Source of the DNA: Escherichia coli
Lineage (GTDB): Bacteria > Pseudomonadota > Gammaproteobacteria > Enterobacterales > Enterobacteriaceae
Length of the DNA stretch: 64,000 nt
Assembly (NCBI RefSeq): GCF_003018255.1
Contig: NZ_CP027440.1
Strand: one strand, 5' to 3'
The notes beneath the pieces are model-generated. The model made no database searches, was not told where the DNA came from, and worked only from the letters and a program-made list of their open reading frames with translations. Below are positions 1 to 17,266 of this stretch, piece after piece. The translations under genes and the position numbers were made by a program. Numbering within the stretch: the stretch's first letter is position 1; every line of letters starts with the position of its first letter.

Positions 1-912
1 CGTAACGACGGTCCTGAATCACACTTCAGCAAGCGCGGTACGCCGACCATGGGCGGGATTATGATCCTGACAGCGATTGTGATCTCCGTACTGCTGTGGG
101 CTTACCCGTCCAATCCGTACGTCTGGTGCGTGTTGGTAGTGCTGGTAGGTTACGGTGTTATTGGCTTTGTTGATGATTATCGCAAAGTAGTGCGTAAAGA
201 CACCAAAGGGTTGATCGCTCGTTGGAAGTATTTCTGGATGTCGGTCATTGCGCTGGGTGTCGCCTTCGCGCTGTACCTTGTTGGCAAAGACACGCCCGCA
301 ACGCAGCTGGTGGTCCCATTTTTTAAAGATGTGATGCCGCAACTGGGGCTGTTCTACATTCTGCTGGCTTACTTCGTCATTGTGGGTACAGGCAACGCGG
401 TAAACCTGACTGATGGTCTCGACGGTCTGGCAATTATGCCGACCGTATTTGTCGCCGGTGGTTTTGCGCTGGTGGCGTGGGCGACCGGCAACATGAACTT
501 TGCCAGCTATTTACACATACCGTATCTACGACACGCCGGGGAACTGGTCATTGTCTGTACCGCGATAGTCGGGGCAGGGCTGGGCTTCCTGTGGTTTAAC
601 ACCTATCCGGCGCAGGTCTTTATGGGCGATGTCGGTTCGCTGGCGTTAGGTGGTGCGTTAGGTATTATCGCCGTACTGCTGCGTCAGGAATTCCTGCTGG
701 TGATTATGGGGGGCGTGTTCGTGGTAGAAACACTTTCCGTCATCCTGCAGGTCGGCTCCTTTAAACTGCGCGGACAACGTATTTTCCGCATGGCACCGAT
801 TCATCACCACTATGAACTGAAAGGCTGGCCGGAACCGCGCGTCATTGTACGTTTCTGGATTATTTCGCTGATGCTGGTCCTGATTGGTCTGGCAACGCTG
901 AAGGTACGTTAA
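1..912 (+). CDS. mraY: Phospho-N-acetylmuramoyl-pentapeptide transferase MraY (5' end lies upstream of window)
   Basis: Frame 1 is open from nt 1 ([23 protein letters not shown]...); hydrophobic polytopic protein; ORF track 49..912 is the internal-Met version; followed by murD as in the dcw cluster. Confidence 0.95.
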   Translation, partial: RNDGPESHFSKRGTPTMGGIMILTAIVISVLLWAYPSNPYVWCVLVVLVGYGVIGFVDDYRKVVRKDTKGLIARWKYFWMSVIALGVAFALYLVGKDTPATQLVVPFFKDVMPQLGLFYILLAYFVIVGTGNAVNLTDGLDGLAIMPTVFVAGGFALVAWATGNMNFASYLHIPYLRHAGELVIVCTAIVGAGLGFLWFNTYPAQVFMGDVGSLALGGALGIIAVLLRQEFLLVIMGGVFVVETLSVILQVGSFKLRGQRIFRMAPIHHHYELKGWPEPRVIVRFWIISLMLVLIGLATLKVR

Positions 913-914
913 TC

Positions 915-2231
915 ATGGCTGATTACCAGGGTAAAAATGTCGTCATTATCGGCCTGGGCCTCACCGGGCTTTCTTGCGTGGACTTTTTCCTCGCTCGCGG
1001 TGTGACGCCGCGCGTTATGGATACGCGTATGACACCGCCTGGCCTGGATAAATTACCCGAAGCTGTAGAACGCCACACTGGCGGTCTGAATGATGAATGG
1101 CTGATGGCGGCCGATCTGATTGTCGCCAGTCCCGGTATTGCACTGGCGCATCCATCCTTAAGCGCTGCCGCTGATGCCGGAATCGAAATCGTTGGCGATA
1201 TCGAGCTGTTCTGTCGTGAAGCACAAGCACCGATTGTGGCGGTCACCGGTTCTAACGGCAAAAGCACGGTCACCACGCTAGTGGGTGAAATGGCGAAAGC
1301 GGCGGGGGTTAACGTTGGTGTGGGTGGCAATATTGGCCTGCCTGCGTTGATGCTGCTGGATGATGAGTGCGAACTGTACGTGCTGGAGCTGTCGAGCTTC
1401 CAGCTTGAAACCACCTCCAGTTTACAGGCGGTAGCAGCGACCATTCTGAACGTGACTGAAGATCATATGGATCGCTATCCGTTTGGTTTACAACAGTATC
1501 GTGCAGCAAAACTGCGCATTTACGAAAACGCAAAAATTTGCGTGGTTAATGCTGATGATGCCTTAACAATGCCGATTCGCGGTGCGGATGAACGCTGCGT
1601 CAGCTTTGGCGTCAACATGGGCGACTATCACCTGAATCATCAGCAGGGTGAAACCTGGCTGCGGGTGAAAGGCGAGAAAGTGCTGAACGTGAAAGAAATG
1701 AAACTTTCCGGGCAGCATAACTACACCAATGCGCTGGCGGCGCTGGCGCTGGCAGATGCCGCAGGGTTACCGCGTGCCAGCAGCCTGAAAGCGTTAACCA
1801 CATTCACTGGTCTGCCGCATCGCTTTGAAGTTGTGCTGGAGCATAACGGTGTGCGCTGGGTTAACGATTCAAAAGCGACCAACGTCGGCAGTACGGAAGC
1901 GGCGCTGAATGGCCTGCATGTAGACGGCACGCTGCATTTGTTGCTGGGTGGCGATGGTAAATCGGCGGACTTTAGCCCACTGGCGCGTTACCTGAATGGC
2001 GATAATGTACGTCTGTATTGTTTCGGTCGGGACGGCGCGCAGCTGGCGGCGCTACGCCCGGAAGTGGCAGAACAAACCGAAACCATGGAACAGGCGATGC
2101 GCTTGCTGGCTCCGCGTGTTCAGCCGGGCGATATGGTTCTGCTCTCCCCGGCCTGTGCCAGCCTTGATCAATTCAAGAACTTTGAACAACGAGGCAATGA
2201 GTTTGCCCGTCTGGCGAAGGAGTTAGGTTGA
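915..2231 (+). CDS. murD: UDP-N-acetylmuramoylalanine--D-glutamate ligase MurD
   Basis: 438 aa, [22 protein letters not shown]-terminus, GSNGKST P-loop (Mur ligase); synteny. Confidence 0.96.
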   Translation: MADYQGKNVVIIGLGLTGLSCVDFFLARGVTPRVMDTRMTPPGLDKLPEAVERHTGGLNDEWLMAADLIVASPGIALAHPSLSAAADAGIEIVGDIELFCREAQAPIVAVTGSNGKSTVTTLVGEMAKAAGVNVGVGGNIGLPALMLLDDECELYVLELSSFQLETTSSLQAVAATILNVTEDHMDRYPFGLQQYRAAKLRIYENAKICVVNADDALTMPIRGADERCVSFGVNMGDYHLNHQQGETWLRVKGEKVLNVKEMKLSGQHNYTNALAALALADAAGLPRASSLKALTTFTGLPHRFEVVLEHNGVRWVNDSKATNVGSTEAALNGLHVDGTLHLLLGGDGKSADFSPLARYLNGDNVRLYCFGRDGAQLAALRPEVAEQTETMEQAMRLLAPRVQPGDMVLLSPACASLDQFKNFEQRGNEFARLAKELG

Positions 2232-3475
2232 TGCGTTTATCTCTCCCTCGCCTGAAAATGCTGCGCCTGCCAGGATTCAGTATTCTGGTCTGGATCTCCA
2301 CGGCGCTAAAGGGCTGGGTGATGGGCTCGCGGGAAAAAGATACCGACAGCCTGATCATGTACGATCGCACCTTACTGTGGCTGACCTTCGGCCTCGCGGC
2401 GATTGGCTTTATCATGGTGACCTCGGCGTCAATGCCCATAGGGCAACGCTTAACCAACGATCCGTTCTTCTTCGCGAAGCGTGATGGCGTCTATCTGATC
2501 CTGGCATTCATTCTGGCGATCATTACGCTGCGTCTGCCGATGGAGTTCTGGCAACGCTACAGTGCCACGATGCTGCTCGGATCTATCATCCTGCTGATGA
2601 TCGTTCTGGTAGTGGGTAGCTCGGTTAAAGGGGCATCGCGTTGGATCGATCTCGGTTTGCTGCGTATCCAGCCTGCGGAGCTGACAAAACTGTCGCTGTT
2701 TTGCTATATCGCCAACTATCTGGTGCGTAAAGGCGACGAAGTACGTAATAACCTGCGCGGCTTCCTGAAACCGATGGGCGTAATTCTGGTGTTGGCAGTG
2801 TTACTGCTGGCACAGCCAGACCTTGGTACGGTGGTGGTGTTGTTTGTGACTACGCTGGCGATGTTGTTCCTGGCGGGAGCGAAATTGTGGCAGTTCATTG
2901 CCATTATCGGTATGGGCATTTCAGCGGTTGTGTTGCTGATCCTCGCCGAACCGTACCGTATCCGCCGTGTTACCGCATTCTGGAATCCGTGGGAAGATCC
3001 CTTTGGCAGCGGCTATCAGTTAACGCAATCGTTGATGGCGTTTGGTCGCGGTGAACTGTGGGGACAAGGTTTAGGTAACTCGGTACAAAAACTGGAGTAT
3101 CTGCCGGAAGCGCACACTGACTTTATTTTCGCCATTATCGGCGAAGAACTGGGGTATGTCGGTGTGGTGCTGGCACTTTTAATGGTATTCTTCGTCGCTT
3201 TTCGCGCGATGTCGATTGGCCGCAAAGCATTAGAAATTGACCACCGTTTTTCCGGTTTTCTCGCCTGTTCTATTGGTATCTGGTTTAGTTTCCAGGCGCT
3301 GGTTAACGTAGGCGCGGCGGCGGGGATGTTACCGACCAAAGGTCTGACATTGCCGCTGATCAGTTACGGTGGTTCGAGCTTACTGATTATGTCGACAGCC
3401 ATCATGATGCTGTTGCGTATTGATTATGAAACGCGTCTGGAGAAAGCGCAGGCGTTTGTACGAGGTTCACGATGA
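2228..3475 (+). CDS. ftsW: Peptidoglycan glycosyltransferase / lipid II flippase FtsW (SEDS family)
   Basis: 415 aa polytopic membrane protein overlapping murD stop; exact start (2228 vs 2231) ambiguous; synteny. Confidence 0.93.
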   Translation: MMRLSLPRLKMLRLPGFSILVWISTALKGWVMGSREKDTDSLIMYDRTLLWLTFGLAAIGFIMVTSASMPIGQRLTNDPFFFAKRDGVYLILAFILAIITLRLPMEFWQRYSATMLLGSIILLMIVLVVGSSVKGASRWIDLGLLRIQPAELTKLSLFCYIANYLVRKGDEVRNNLRGFLKPMGVILVLAVLLLAQPDLGTVVVLFVTTLAMLFLAGAKLWQFIAIIGMGISAVVLLILAEPYRIRRVTAFWNPWEDPFGSGYQLTQSLMAFGRGELWGQGLGNSVQKLEYLPEAHTDFIFAIIGEELGYVGVVLALLMVFFVAFRAMSIGRKALEIDHRFSGFLACSIGIWFSFQALVNVGAAAGMLPTKGLTLPLISYGGSSLLIMSTAIMMLLRIDYETRLEKAQAFVRGSR

Positions 3476-4539
3476 GTGGTCAAGGGAAGCGATTAATGGT
3501 GATGGCAGGCGGAACCGGTGGACATGTATTCCCGGGACTGGCGGTTGCGCACCATCTAATGGCTCAGGGTTGGCAAGTTCGCTGGCTGGGGACTGCCGAC
3601 CGTATGGAAGCGGACTTAGTGCCAAAACATGGCATCGAAATTGATTTCATTCGTATCTCTGGTCTGCGTGGAAAAGGTATAAAAGCACTGATAGCTGCCC
3701 CGCTGCGTATCTTCAACGCCTGGCGTCAGGCGCGGGCGATTATGAAAGCGTACAAACCTGACGTGGTGCTCGGTATGGGCGGCTACGTATCAGGTCCAGG
3801 TGGTCTGGCCGCGTGGTCGTTAGGTATTCCGGTTGTGCTTCATGAACAAAACGGTATTGCGGGATTAACCAATAAATGGCTGGCGAAGATTGCCACCAAA
3901 GTGATGCAGGCGTTTCCAGGCGCTTTCCCTAATGCGGAAGTGGTGGGTAACCCGGTGCGTACCGATGTGCTGGCGCTGCCGTTGCCGCAGCAACGTTTGG
4001 CTGGACGTGAAGGTCCGGTTCGTGTGTTGGTAGTGGGTGGTTCCCAGGGCGCACGCATTCTTAACCAGACAATGCCGCAGGTTGCTGCGAAACTGGGTGA
4101 TTCAGTCACTATCTGGCATCAGAGCGGTAAAGGTTCGCAACAATCCGTTGAACAGGCGTATGCCGAAGCGGGGCAACCGCAGCATAAAGTGACGGAATTT
4201 ATTGATGATATGGCGGCGGCGTATGCGTGGGCGGATGTCGTCGTTTGCCGCTCCGGTGCGTTAACGGTGAGTGAAATCGCCGCGGCAGGACTACCGGCGT
4301 TGTTTGTGCCGTTTCAACATAAAGACCGCCAGCAATACTGGAATGCGCTACCGCTGGAAAAAGCGGGCGCAGCCAAAATTATCGAGCAGCCACAGCTTAG
4401 CGTGGATGCTGTCGCCAACACCCTGGCCGGGTGGTCGCGAGAAACCTTATTAACCATGGCAGAACGCGCCCGCGCCGCATCCATTCCGGATGCCACCGAG
4501 CGAGTGGCAAATGAAGTGAGCCGGGCTGCCCGGGCGTAA
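3472..4539 (+). CDS. murG: UDP-GlcNAc:lipid I N-acetylglucosaminyltransferase MurG
   Basis: 355 aa, [27 protein letters not shown]-terminus; 4-bp overlap with ftsW. Confidence 0.96.
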   Translation: MSGQGKRLMVMAGGTGGHVFPGLAVAHHLMAQGWQVRWLGTADRMEADLVPKHGIEIDFIRISGLRGKGIKALIAAPLRIFNAWRQARAIMKAYKPDVVLGMGGYVSGPGGLAAWSLGIPVVLHEQNGIAGLTNKWLAKIATKVMQAFPGAFPNAEVVGNPVRTDVLALPLPQQRLAGREGPVRVLVVGGSQGARILNQTMPQVAAKLGDSVTIWHQSGKGSQQSVEQAYAEAGQPQHKVTEFIDDMAAAYAWADVVVCRSGALTVSEIAAAGLPALFVPFQHKDRQQYWNALPLEKAGAAKIIEQPQLSVDAVANTLAGWSRETLLTMAERARAASIPDATERVANEVSRAARA

Positions 4540-4592
4540 TTGTAGCGATGCCTTTTGCATCGTATGAATTTAAGAAGTTAATGGCGTAAAGA

Positions 4593-6981
<2,389 letters not shown>

Positions 6982-6982
6982 T

Positions 6983-7813
6983 ATGTCGCAGGCTGCTCTG
7001 AACACGCGAAACAGCGAAGAAGAGGTTTCTTCTCGCCGCAATAATGGAACGCGTCTGGCGGGGATCCTTTTCCTGCTGACCGTTTTAACGACAGTGTTGG
7101 TGAGCGGCTGGGTCGTGTTGGGCTGGATGGAAGATGCGCAACGCCTGCCGCTCTCAAAGCTGGTGTTGACCGGTGAACGCCATTACACGCGTAATGACGA
7201 TATCCGGCAGTCGATCCTGGCATTGGGTGAGCCAGGTACCTTTATGACCCAGGATGTCAACATCATCCAGACGCAAATAGAACAACGCCTGCCGTGGATT
7301 AAGCAGGTGAGCGTCAGAAAGCAGTGGCCTGATGAATTGAAGATTCATCTGGTTGAATATGTGCCGATTGCGCGGTGGAATGATCAACATATGGTAGACG
7401 CGGAAGGAAACACTTTCAGCGTGCCGCCAGATCGCACCAGCAAGCAGGTGCTTCCAATGCTGTATGGCCCGGAAGGCAGCGCCAATGAAGTGTTGCAGGG
7501 CTATCGCGAAATGGGGCAGATGCTGGCAAAGGACAGATTTACTCTGAAGGAAGCGGCGATGACCGCGCGGCGTTCCTGGCAGTTGACGCTGAATAACGAT
7601 ATTAAGCTCAATCTTGGCCGGGGCGATACGATGAAACGTTTGGCTCGCTTTGTAGAACTTTATCCGGTTTTACAGCAGCAGGCGCAAACCGATGGCAAAC
7701 GGATTAGCTACGTTGATTTGCGTTATGACTCTGGAGCGGCAGTAGGCTGGGCGCCCTTGCCGCCAGAGGAATCTACTCAGCAACAAAATCAGGCACAGGC
7801 AGAACAACAATGA
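6983..7813 (+). CDS. ftsQ: Cell division protein FtsQ
   Basis: 276 aa, single TM ([24 protein letters not shown]), synteny between ddlB and ftsA. Confidence 0.95.
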   Translation: MSQAALNTRNSEEEVSSRRNNGTRLAGILFLLTVLTTVLVSGWVVLGWMEDAQRLPLSKLVLTGERHYTRNDDIRQSILALGEPGTFMTQDVNIIQTQIEQRLPWIKQVSVRKQWPDELKIHLVEYVPIARWNDQHMVDAEGNTFSVPPDRTSKQVLPMLYGPEGSANEVLQGYREMGQMLAKDRFTLKEAAMTARRSWQLTLNNDIKLNLGRGDTMKRLARFVELYPVLQQQAQTDGKRISYVDLRYDSGAAVGWAPLPPEESTQQQNQAQAEQQ

Positions 7814-9072
7814 TTAAGGCGACGGACAGAAAACTGGTAGTAGGACTGGAGATTGGTACCGCGAAGGTTGCCGCTTTAGTAGGGGAAGTTCTGCCCGACG
7901 GTATGGTCAATATCATTGGCGTGGGCAGCTGCCCGTCGCGTGGTATGGATAAAGGCGGGGTGAACGACCTCGAATCCGTGGTCAAGTGCGTACAGCGCGC
8001 CATTGACCAGGCAGAATTGATGGCAGATTGTCAGATCTCTTCGGTATATCTGGCGCTTTCTGGTAAGCACATCAGCTGCCAGAATGAAATTGGTATGGTG
8101 CCTATTTCTGAAGAAGAAGTGACGCAAGAAGATGTGGAAAACGTTGTCCATACCGCGAAATCGGTGCGTGTGCGCGATGAACACCGTGTGCTGCATGTGA
8201 TCCCGCAAGAGTATGCGATTGACTATCAGGAAGGGATCAAGAATCCGGTAGGACTTTCGGGCGTGCGGATGCAGGCAAAAGTGCACCTGATCACATGTCA
8301 CAACGATATGGCGAAAAACATCGTCAAAGCGGTTGAACGTTGTGGGCTGAAAGTTGACCAACTGATATTTGCCGGACTGGCATCAAGTTATTCGGTATTG
8401 ACGGAAGATGAACGTGAACTGGGTGTCTGCGTCGTCGATATCGGTGGTGGTACAATGGATATCGCCGTTTATACCGGTGGGGCATTGCGCCACACTAAGG
8501 TAATTCCTTATGCTGGCAATGTCGTGACCAGTGATATCGCTTACGCCTTTGGCACGCCGCCAAGCGACGCCGAAGCGATTAAAGTTCGCCACGGTTGTGC
8601 GCTGGGTTCCATCGTTGGAAAAGATGAGAGCGTGGAAGTGCCGAGCGTAGGCGGTCGTCCGCCGCGGAGTCTGCAACGTCAGACCCTGGCAGAGGTGATC
8701 GAGCCGCGCTATACCGAGCTGCTCAACCTGGTCAACGAAGAGATATTGCAGTTGCAGGAAAAGCTTCGCCAACAAGGGGTTAAACATCACCTGGCGGCAG
8801 GCATTGTATTAACCGGTGGCGCAGCGCAGATTGAAGGTCTTGCAGCCTGTGCTCAGCGCGTGTTTCATACGCAGGTGCGTATCGGCGCGCCGCTGAACAT
8901 TACCGGTTTAACGGATTATGCTCAGGAGCCGTATTATTCGACGGCGGTGGGATTGCTTCATTACGGGAAAGAGTCACATCTTAACGGTGAAGCTGAAGTA
9001 GAAAAACGTGTTACAGCATCAGTTGGCTCGTGGATCAAGCGACTCAATAGTTGGCTGCGAAAAGAGTTTTAA
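7810..9072 (+). CDS. ftsA: Cell division protein FtsA (actin-like ATPase)
   Basis: 420 aa, [35 protein letters not shown] motif; 4-bp overlap with ftsQ. Confidence 0.96.
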   Translation: MIKATDRKLVVGLEIGTAKVAALVGEVLPDGMVNIIGVGSCPSRGMDKGGVNDLESVVKCVQRAIDQAELMADCQISSVYLALSGKHISCQNEIGMVPISEEEVTQEDVENVVHTAKSVRVRDEHRVLHVIPQEYAIDYQEGIKNPVGLSGVRMQAKVHLITCHNDMAKNIVKAVERCGLKVDQLIFAGLASSYSVLTEDERELGVCVVDIGGGTMDIAVYTGGALRHTKVIPYAGNVVTSDIAYAFGTPPSDAEAIKVRHGCALGSIVGKDESVEVPSVGGRPPRSLQRQTLAEVIEPRYTELLNLVNEEILQLQEKLRQQGVKHHLAAGIVLTGGAAQIEGLAACAQRVFHTQVRIGAPLNITGLTDYAQEPYYSTAVGLLHYGKESHLNGEAEVEKRVTASVGSWIKRLNSWLRKEF

Positions 9073-9132
9073 TTTTTATGAGGCCGACAATGATTACGGT
9101 CTCAGGCGACAGGCACAAATCGGAGAGAAACT

Positions 9133-10284
9133 ATGTTTGAACCAATGGAACTTACCAATGACGCGGTGATTAAAGTCATCGGCGTCGGCGGCGGCGGCGG
9201 TAATGCTGTTGAACACATGGTGCGCGAGCGCATTGAAGGTGTTGAATTCTTCGCGGTAAATACCGATGCACAAGCGCTGCGTAAAACAGCGGTTGGACAG
9301 ACGATTCAAATCGGTAGCGGTATCACCAAAGGACTGGGAGCTGGCGCTAATCCAGAAGTTGGCCGCAATGCGGCTGATGAGGATCGCGATGCACTGCGTG
9401 CGGCGCTGGAAGGTGCAGACATGGTCTTTATTGCTGCGGGTATGGGTGGTGGTACCGGTACAGGCGCAGCTCCAGTCGTCGCTGAAGTGGCAAAAGATTT
9501 GGGTATCCTGACCGTTGCTGTCGTCACTAAGCCCTTCAACTTTGAAGGCAAGAAGCGTATGGCATTCGCGGAGCAGGGGATCACTGAACTGTCCAAGCAT
9601 GTGGACTCTCTGATCACTATCCCGAACGACAAACTGCTGAAAGTTCTGGGCCGCGGTATCTCCCTGCTGGATGCGTTTGGCGCAGCGAACGACGTACTCA
9701 AAGGCGCTGTGCAAGGTATCGCCGAACTGATTACTCGTCCGGGTTTGATGAACGTGGACTTTGCAGACGTACGCACCGTAATGTCTGAAATGGGCTACGC
9801 AATGATGGGTTCTGGTGTGGCGAGCGGTGAAGATCGTGCGGAAGAAGCTGCTGAAATGGCTATCTCTTCTCCGCTGCTGGAAGATATCGACCTGTCTGGC
9901 GCACGCGGCGTACTGGTAAACATCACAGCGGGCTTCGACCTGCGTCTGGATGAGTTCGAAACGGTAGGTAACACCATCCGTGCATTTGCTTCCGACAACG
10001 CGACTGTGGTTATCGGTACTTCTCTTGACCCGGATATGAATGACGAGCTGCGCGTAACTGTTGTTGCGACAGGTATCGGCATGGACAAACGTCCTGAAAT
10101 CACTCTGGTGACCAATAAGCAGGTTCAGCAGCCAGTGATGGATCGCTACCAGCAGCACGGGATGGCTCCGCTGACCCAGGAGCAGAAGCCGGTTGCTAAA
10201 GTCGTGAATGACAATGCGCCGCAAACTGCGAAAGAGCCGGATTATCTGGATATCCCAGCATTCCTGCGTAAGCAAGCTGATTAA
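9133..10284 (+). CDS. ftsZ: Cell division GTPase FtsZ
   Basis: 383 aa, tubulin signature [10 protein letters not shown] and [13 protein letters not shown]. Confidence 0.98.
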
Positions 10285-10363
10285 GAATTGACTGGAATTT
10301 GGGTTTCGAGGCTCTTTGTGCTAAACTGGCCCGCCGAATGTATAGTACACTTCGGTTGGATAG

Positions 10364-11302
<939 letters not shown>

Positions 11303-11364
11303 CGACATTTATACTGTCGTATAAAATTCGACTGGCAAATCTGGCACTCTCTCCGGCCAGGTGA

Positions 11365-12045
<681 letters not shown>

Positions 12046-12106
12046 CAACAATAAACCGTTACTTCATTTTATTAACTCCGCAACGCGGGGCGTTTGAGAT
12101 TTTATT

Positions 12107-14812
12107 ATGCTAATCAAATTATTAACTAAAGTTTTCGGTAGTCGTAACGATCGCACCCTGCGCCGGATGCGCAAAGTGGTCAACATCATCAATGCCATGG
12201 AACCGGAGATGGAAAAACTCTCCGACGAAGAACTGAAAGGGAAAACCGCAGAGTTTCGTGCACGTCTGGAAAAAGGCGAAGTGCTGGAAAATCTGATCCC
12301 GGAAGCTTTCGCCGTGGTGCGTGAGGCAAGTAAGCGCGTCTTTGGTATGCGTCACTTCGACGTTCAGTTACTCGGCGGTATGGTTCTTAACGAACGCTGC
12401 ATCGCCGAAATGCGTACCGGTGAAGGTAAAACCCTGACCGCAACGCTGCCTGCTTACCTGAACGCACTAACCGGTAAAGGCGTGCACGTAGTTACCGTCA
12501 ACGACTACCTGGCGCAACGTGACGCCGAAAACAACCGTCCGCTGTTTGAATTTCTTGGCCTGACAGTTGGTATCAACCTGCCGGGCATGCCAGCACCGGC
12601 AAAGCGTGAAGCTTACGCAGCTGACATTACTTACGGTACGAACAACGAATACGGCTTTGACTACCTGCGCGACAACATGGCGTTCAGTCCTGAAGAACGT
12701 GTACAGCGTAAACTGCACTATGCGCTGGTGGACGAAGTGGACTCCATCCTGATCGATGAAGCGCGTACACCGCTGATCATTTCCGGCCCGGCAGAAGACA
12801 GCTCGGAAATGTATAAACGCGTGAATAAAATTATTCCACACCTGATCCGTCAGGAAAAAGAAGACTCCGAAACCTTCCAGGGCGAAGGCCACTTCTCGGT
12901 GGATGAAAAATCTCGCCAGGTGAACCTGACCGAACGTGGTCTGGTTCTGATTGAAGAACTGCTGGTTAAAGAAGGCATCATGGATGAAGGTGAGTCTCTG
13001 TACTCTCCGGCCAACATCATGCTGATGCACCACGTAACGGCGGCGCTGCGCGCTCATGCGCTGTTTACCCGCGACGTCGACTACATCGTTAAAGATGGTG
13101 AAGTTATCATCGTTGACGAACACACCGGTCGTACCATGCAGGGCCGTCGCTGGTCCGATGGTCTGCACCAGGCTGTGGAAGCGAAAGAAGGTGTGCAGAT
13201 CCAGAACGAAAACCAAACGCTGGCTTCGATCACCTTCCAGAACTACTTCCGTCTGTATGAAAAACTGGCGGGGATGACTGGTACTGCTGATACCGAAGCT
13301 TTCGAATTCAGCTCCATCTATAAGCTGGATACTGTCGTTGTTCCGACCAACCGTCCAATGATTCGTAAAGATCTGCCGGACCTGGTCTACATGACTGAAG
13401 CGGAAAAAATTCAGGCGATCATTGAAGATATCAAAGAACGCACTGCGAAAGGCCAGCCGGTGCTGGTGGGTACAATCTCCATCGAAAAATCGGAGCTGGT
13501 GTCAAATGAACTGACCAAAGCCGGTATTAAGCACAACGTCCTGAACGCCAAATTCCATGCCAACGAAGCGGCGATTGTTGCTCAGGCAGGTTACCCGGCT
13601 GCGGTGACTATCGCGACCAACATGGCGGGTCGTGGTACCGATATTGTGCTCGGTGGTAGCTGGCAGGCAGAAGTTGCCGCGCTGGAAAATCCGACTGCAG
13701 AGCAAATTGAAAAAATTAAAGCCGACTGGCAGGTACGTCACGATGCGGTACTGGCAGCAGGTGGCCTGCATATCATCGGTACTGAACGTCACGAATCCCG
13801 TCGTATCGATAACCAGCTGCGCGGTCGTTCTGGTCGTCAGGGGGATGCTGGTTCTTCCCGTTTCTACCTGTCGATGGAAGATGCGCTGATGCGTATTTTT
13901 GCTTCCGACCGAGTATCCGGCATGATGCGTAAACTGGGTATGAAGCCAGGCGAAGCCATTGAGCACCCGTGGGTGACCAAAGCGATTGCCAACGCCCAGC
14001 GTAAAGTTGAAAGCCGTAACTTCGACATTCGTAAGCAACTGCTGGAATATGATGACGTGGCTAACGATCAGCGTCGCGCCATTTACTCCCAGCGTAACGA
14101 ACTGCTGGATGTCAGCGATGTGAGCGAAACCATCAACAGCATTCGTGAAGATGTGTTCAAAGCGACCATTGATGCCTACATTCCGCCACAGTCGCTGGAA
14201 GAAATGTGGGATATTCCGGGGCTGCAGGAACGTCTGAAGAACGATTTCGACCTCGATTTGCCAATTGCCGAGTGGCTGGATAAAGAACCAGAACTGCATG
14301 AAGAGACGCTGCGTGAGCGCATTCTGGCGCAGTCCATCGAAGTGTATCAGCGTAAAGAAGAAGTGGTTGGTGCTGAGATGATGCGTCACTTCGAGAAAGG
14401 CGTCATGCTGCAAACGCTTGACTCTCTGTGGAAAGAGCACCTGGCTGCGATGGACTATCTGCGTCAGGGTATCCACCTGCGTGGCTATGCACAGAAAGAT
14501 CCGAAGCAGGAATACAAACGTGAATCGTTCTCCATGTTTGCAGCGATGCTGGAGTCGTTAAAATATGAAGTTATCAGCACGCTGAGCAAAGTTCAGGTAC
14601 GTATGCCTGAAGAGGTTGAGGAGCTGGAACAACAGCGTCGTATGGAAGCCGAGCGTTTAGCGCAAATGCAGCAGCTTAGCCATCAGGATGACGACTCTGC
14701 TGCCGCAGCTGCACTGGCGGCGCAAACCGGTGAACGCAAAGTAGGACGTAACGATCCTTGCCCGTGTGGTTCTGGTAAAAAATATAAGCAGTGCCATGGC
14801 CGCCTGCAATAA
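12107..14812 (+). CDS. secA: Preprotein translocase ATPase SecA
   Basis: 901 aa, [26 protein letters not shown]-terminal zinc-binding [14 protein letters not shown]. Confidence 0.98.
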   Translation: MLIKLLTKVFGSRNDRTLRRMRKVVNIINAMEPEMEKLSDEELKGKTAEFRARLEKGEVLENLIPEAFAVVREASKRVFGMRHFDVQLLGGMVLNERCIAEMRTGEGKTLTATLPAYLNALTGKGVHVVTVNDYLAQRDAENNRPLFEFLGLTVGINLPGMPAPAKREAYAADITYGTNNEYGFDYLRDNMAFSPEERVQRKLHYALVDEVDSILIDEARTPLIISGPAEDSSEMYKRVNKIIPHLIRQEKEDSETFQGEGHFSVDEKSRQVNLTERGLVLIEELLVKEGIMDEGESLYSPANIMLMHHVTAALRAHALFTRDVDYIVKDGEVIIVDEHTGRTMQGRRWSDGLHQAVEAKEGVQIQNENQTLASITFQNYFRLYEKLAGMTGTADTEAFEFSSIYKLDTVVVPTNRPMIRKDLPDLVYMTEAEKIQAIIEDIKERTAKGQPVLVGTISIEKSELVSNELTKAGIKHNVLNAKFHANEAAIVAQAGYPAAVTIATNMAGRGTDIVLGGSWQAEVAALENPTAEQIEKIKADWQVRHDAVLAAGGLHIIGTERHESRRIDNQLRGRSGRQGDAGSSRFYLSMEDALMRIFASDRVSGMMRKLGMKPGEAIEHPWVTKAIANAQRKVESRNFDIRKQLLEYDDVANDQRRAIYSQRNELLDVSDVSETINSIREDVFKATIDAYIPPQSLEEMWDIPGLQERLKNDFDLDLPIAEWLDKEPELHEETLRERILAQSIEVYQRKEEVVGAEMMRHFEKGVMLQTLDSLWKEHLAAMDYLRQGIHLRGYAQKDPKQEYKRESFSMFAAMLESLKYEVISTLSKVQVRMPEEVEELEQQRRMEAERLAQMQQLSHQDDDSAAAAALAAQTGERKVGRNDPCPCGSGKKYKQCHGRLQ

Positions 14813-14833
14813 AAGCTAACAGTTGAAGTAAAA

Positions 14834-14858
14834 GGCGCAGGATTCTGCGCCTTTTTTA
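14834..14858 (+). terminator. Rho-independent terminator after secA
   Basis: GGCGCAG-gatt-CTGCGCC hairpin followed by TTTTTT. Confidence 0.7.
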
Positions 14859-14871
14859 TAGGTTTAAGACA

Positions 14872-15270
14872 ATGAAAAAGCTGCAAATTGCGGTAGGTAT
14901 TATTCGCAACGAGAACAATGAAATCTTTATAACCCGTCGCGCAGCAGATGCGCACATGGCGAATAAACTGGAGTTTCCCGGCGGTAAAATTGAAATGGGT
15001 GAAACGCCGGAACAGGCGGTGGTGCGTGAACTTCAGGAAGAAGTCGGGATTACCCCACAACATCTTTCGCTATTTGAAATACTGGAATATGAATTCCCGG
15101 ACAGGCATATAACACTGTGGTTCTGGCTGGTCGAAAGCTGGGAAGGGGAGCCGTGGGGTAAAGAAGGGCAACCCGGTGAGTGGATGTCGCTGGTCGGTCT
15201 GAATGCCGATGATTTTCCGCCAGCCAATGAACCGGTACTTGCGAAGCTTAAGCGTGTGTATGTCGGATAG
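14872..15270 (+). CDS. mutT: 8-oxo-dGTP diphosphatase MutT (Nudix)
   Basis: 132 aa, Nudix box GGKIEMGETPEQAVVRELQEEVGI. Confidence 0.95.
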   Translation: MKKLQIAVGIIRNENNEIFITRRAADAHMANKLEFPGGKIEMGETPEQAVVRELQEEVGITPQHLSLFEILEYEFPDRHITLWFWLVESWEGEPWGKEGQPGEWMSLVGLNADDFPPANEPVLAKLKRVYVG

Positions 15271-15274
15271 GCGT

Positions 15275-15470
15275 TTATGCCGCATCCAACATTTGCACAA
15301 GATGCCCGATGCGACGCTGGCGCGTCTTATCAGTATCTACAATTTTAACATGTTGATATGTAAGGTCTTGTAGGTCGGATAAGGCGTTCCCGCCGCATCC
15401 GACATTTGCACACGATGCCTGATGCGACGCTGCCCGCGTCTTATCAGGCCAGCGTCGCATCAGATAAAAT
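15275..15470. repeat. REP/BIME cluster (repetitive extragenic palindromes)
   Basis: Repeated GCCTGATGCGACGCTG..CGCGTCTTATCAGGCC and TAGGTCGGATAAGGCGTTCCCGCCGCATCCGAC units between mutT and yacG. Confidence 0.8.
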
Positions 15471-15471
15471 G

Positions 15472-15669
15472 TCACTGCTTTGGCTCTTCGCTCCAGTCAT
15501 CGCTTTCGGAAAGATCGCCACTGCTGGGGATTCGTTTTTCTTCAGCAGCCCATTCTCCGAGGTCGATCAGCTGACAACGTTTGGAGCAAAATGGCCGAAA
15601 CGGGCTGATTTCACCCCACACCACCGTTTTCCCGCAGGTTGGGCAATTCACCGTAATAGTTTCTGACAT
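15472..15669 (-). CDS. yacG: DNA gyrase inhibitor YacG (zinc finger)
   Basis: 65 aa, CPTCGK...CSKRCQ zinc ribbon. Confidence 0.92.
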
Positions 15670-15678
15670 TTTTACTCC

Positions 15679-16422
15679 TTAGCAACAGGCCAGTTCGAAA
15701 TCCAGACGTTCCGGTACCTGTCCGTTTTCACTGTCCAGCGGCATAAAACGAATGGCAAAACGGCTCTTATGACCGGAAATTTGCGGATAAAGCTGTGAAT
15801 CGAGTGACAGATTCAGGCGCAGCAAGTCGGCATCGCCACCGTTATCCTGATAAAAACCATTCAGGCTGGTTTGTTTACGGAAGGGGGCCGACTGGCGAAT
15901 TAAATCCAGCACCATGGTAAGTGCCTGGGTGAGCGGGTTCAGGCTGGCAATCCAGGTTTCTACCTGGCTGTCGCGCTGCGCCTGGGGTAGATGCAGCCAA
16001 ATGTGCAATGTAGGTAAATCAAAGCTACAACAGCCGCCGGGGATGCTCAGTCGCTGACGCACCAGGGCAATCAAACGATCTTCACGCAGAAATTGCCCGA
16101 TACGGGGCGCGGAAATTAATACGCTCCCCGCCGCTTTTAACTGCTGAATTAATGCTTCAATACGGCTCTGGTCCACGCCAGGCACGCCAATCCAGGTCTG
16201 GAGTTTACGTTGCTGCCGGTCAAGTTCTTTCAACAACTCAGTGCGGACTTCGCCGCGCTCGAAAACATCCAGCAATTCACTGACATTGCGGAAGAAATGC
16301 AGAGCGCCAGCGTAGTCAACGACGGGCAAATTTACGGTGAGTTGTTGAATTAAAAACTCAATGCGCAGCCATGTACGCATTTTTTCATTTAGTGGATGTT
16401 CAAAAAGGACCTGGGTCTGCAT
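15679..16422 (-). CDS. zapD: Z-ring-associated protein ZapD (YacF)
   Basis: 247 aa, [28 protein letters not shown]; synteny with coaE/yacG. Confidence 0.93.
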   Translation of the reverse strand: MQTQVLFEHPLNEKMRTWLRIEFLIQQLTVNLPVVDYAGALHFFRNVSELLDVFERGEVRTELLKELDRQQRKLQTWIGVPGVDQSRIEALIQQLKAAGSVLISAPRIGQFLREDRLIALVRQRLSIPGGCCSFDLPTLHIWLHLPQAQRDSQVETWIASLNPLTQALTMVLDLIRQSAPFRKQTSLNGFYQDNGGDADLLRLNLSLDSQLYPQISGHKSRFAIRFMPLDSENGQVPERLDFELACC

Positions 16423-17042
16423 TACGGTTTTTCCTGTGAGACAAACTGCGACGCAAGCTGCAAATAGTGTGCGTGCAGGCGGGCAACATCCGATGCGATA
16501 GCATCCGGTGCGCCGTTATTATCAATGACGTCATCTGCCACGGCAAGGCGGGCTTCGCGCGTTGCCTGAGCAGCAAGAATTTGTTCAACATGCTCGCGAG
16601 TGACATCATCGCGCTGCATGGTGCGTTTAAGTTGCGTTTCTGGGCTGACATCCACCACCAGCACTCGATTCGCTTTTTTATACAATGAGTTTTCTACCAG
16701 CAATGGCACAACCCAAAGTACATAGGGGGAAGATGCTTGCTGGATCTGGTGTTGCGTCTCTTGCTGAATCAGCGGATGCAGCAGGGCGTTAAGCCAGTTT
16801 TTCTCTTCCGGGTTGGCGAAAATCCGCTCGCGCAAGGCCCGGCGCTGCAATGTTCCATCAGCAGCAATCATGTTAGCGCCAAAGTGATCAGCAATGGCAT
16901 GTAGCGCAGGTGCACCTGGTTCAACCACCTGACGCGCAATAATATCGGCATCAATGACGTTAATTCCGAGATCAGCAAACGCATTGGCAACGGTACTCTT
17001 GCCACTGCCAATGCCTCCCGTTAAGGCAACTATATACCTCAT
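16422..17042 (-). CDS. coaE: Dephospho-CoA kinase CoaE
   Basis: 206 aa, P-loop GGIGSGKST. Confidence 0.95.
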   Translation of the reverse strand: MRYIVALTGGIGSGKSTVANAFADLGINVIDADIIARQVVEPGAPALHAIADHFGANMIAADGTLQRRALRERIFANPEEKNWLNALLHPLIQQETQHQIQQASSPYVLWVVPLLVENSLYKKANRVLVVDVSPETQLKRTMQRDDVTREHVEQILAAQATREARLAVADDVIDNNGAPDAIASDVARLHAHYLQLASQFVSQEKP

Positions 17043-17266
17043 AATTTATATTCCCGGGAATTCATCATGATTATCAAAACGTTAAAAATGAGCGCACGAA
17101 AGCGAAATTGATGAAACGTTCGCTCACTATTTACCAGGTAAATTTATGGGATTGTAGCGTAAAAAAAGACAATTTCGCAGTCTTGCGCCGCATTGATTAG
17201 TGCGTATGATAGCGTCACTGGAGTTGCGCTCTTACCCTTATAGCCATTAACCCCAGGAATCCGCAC

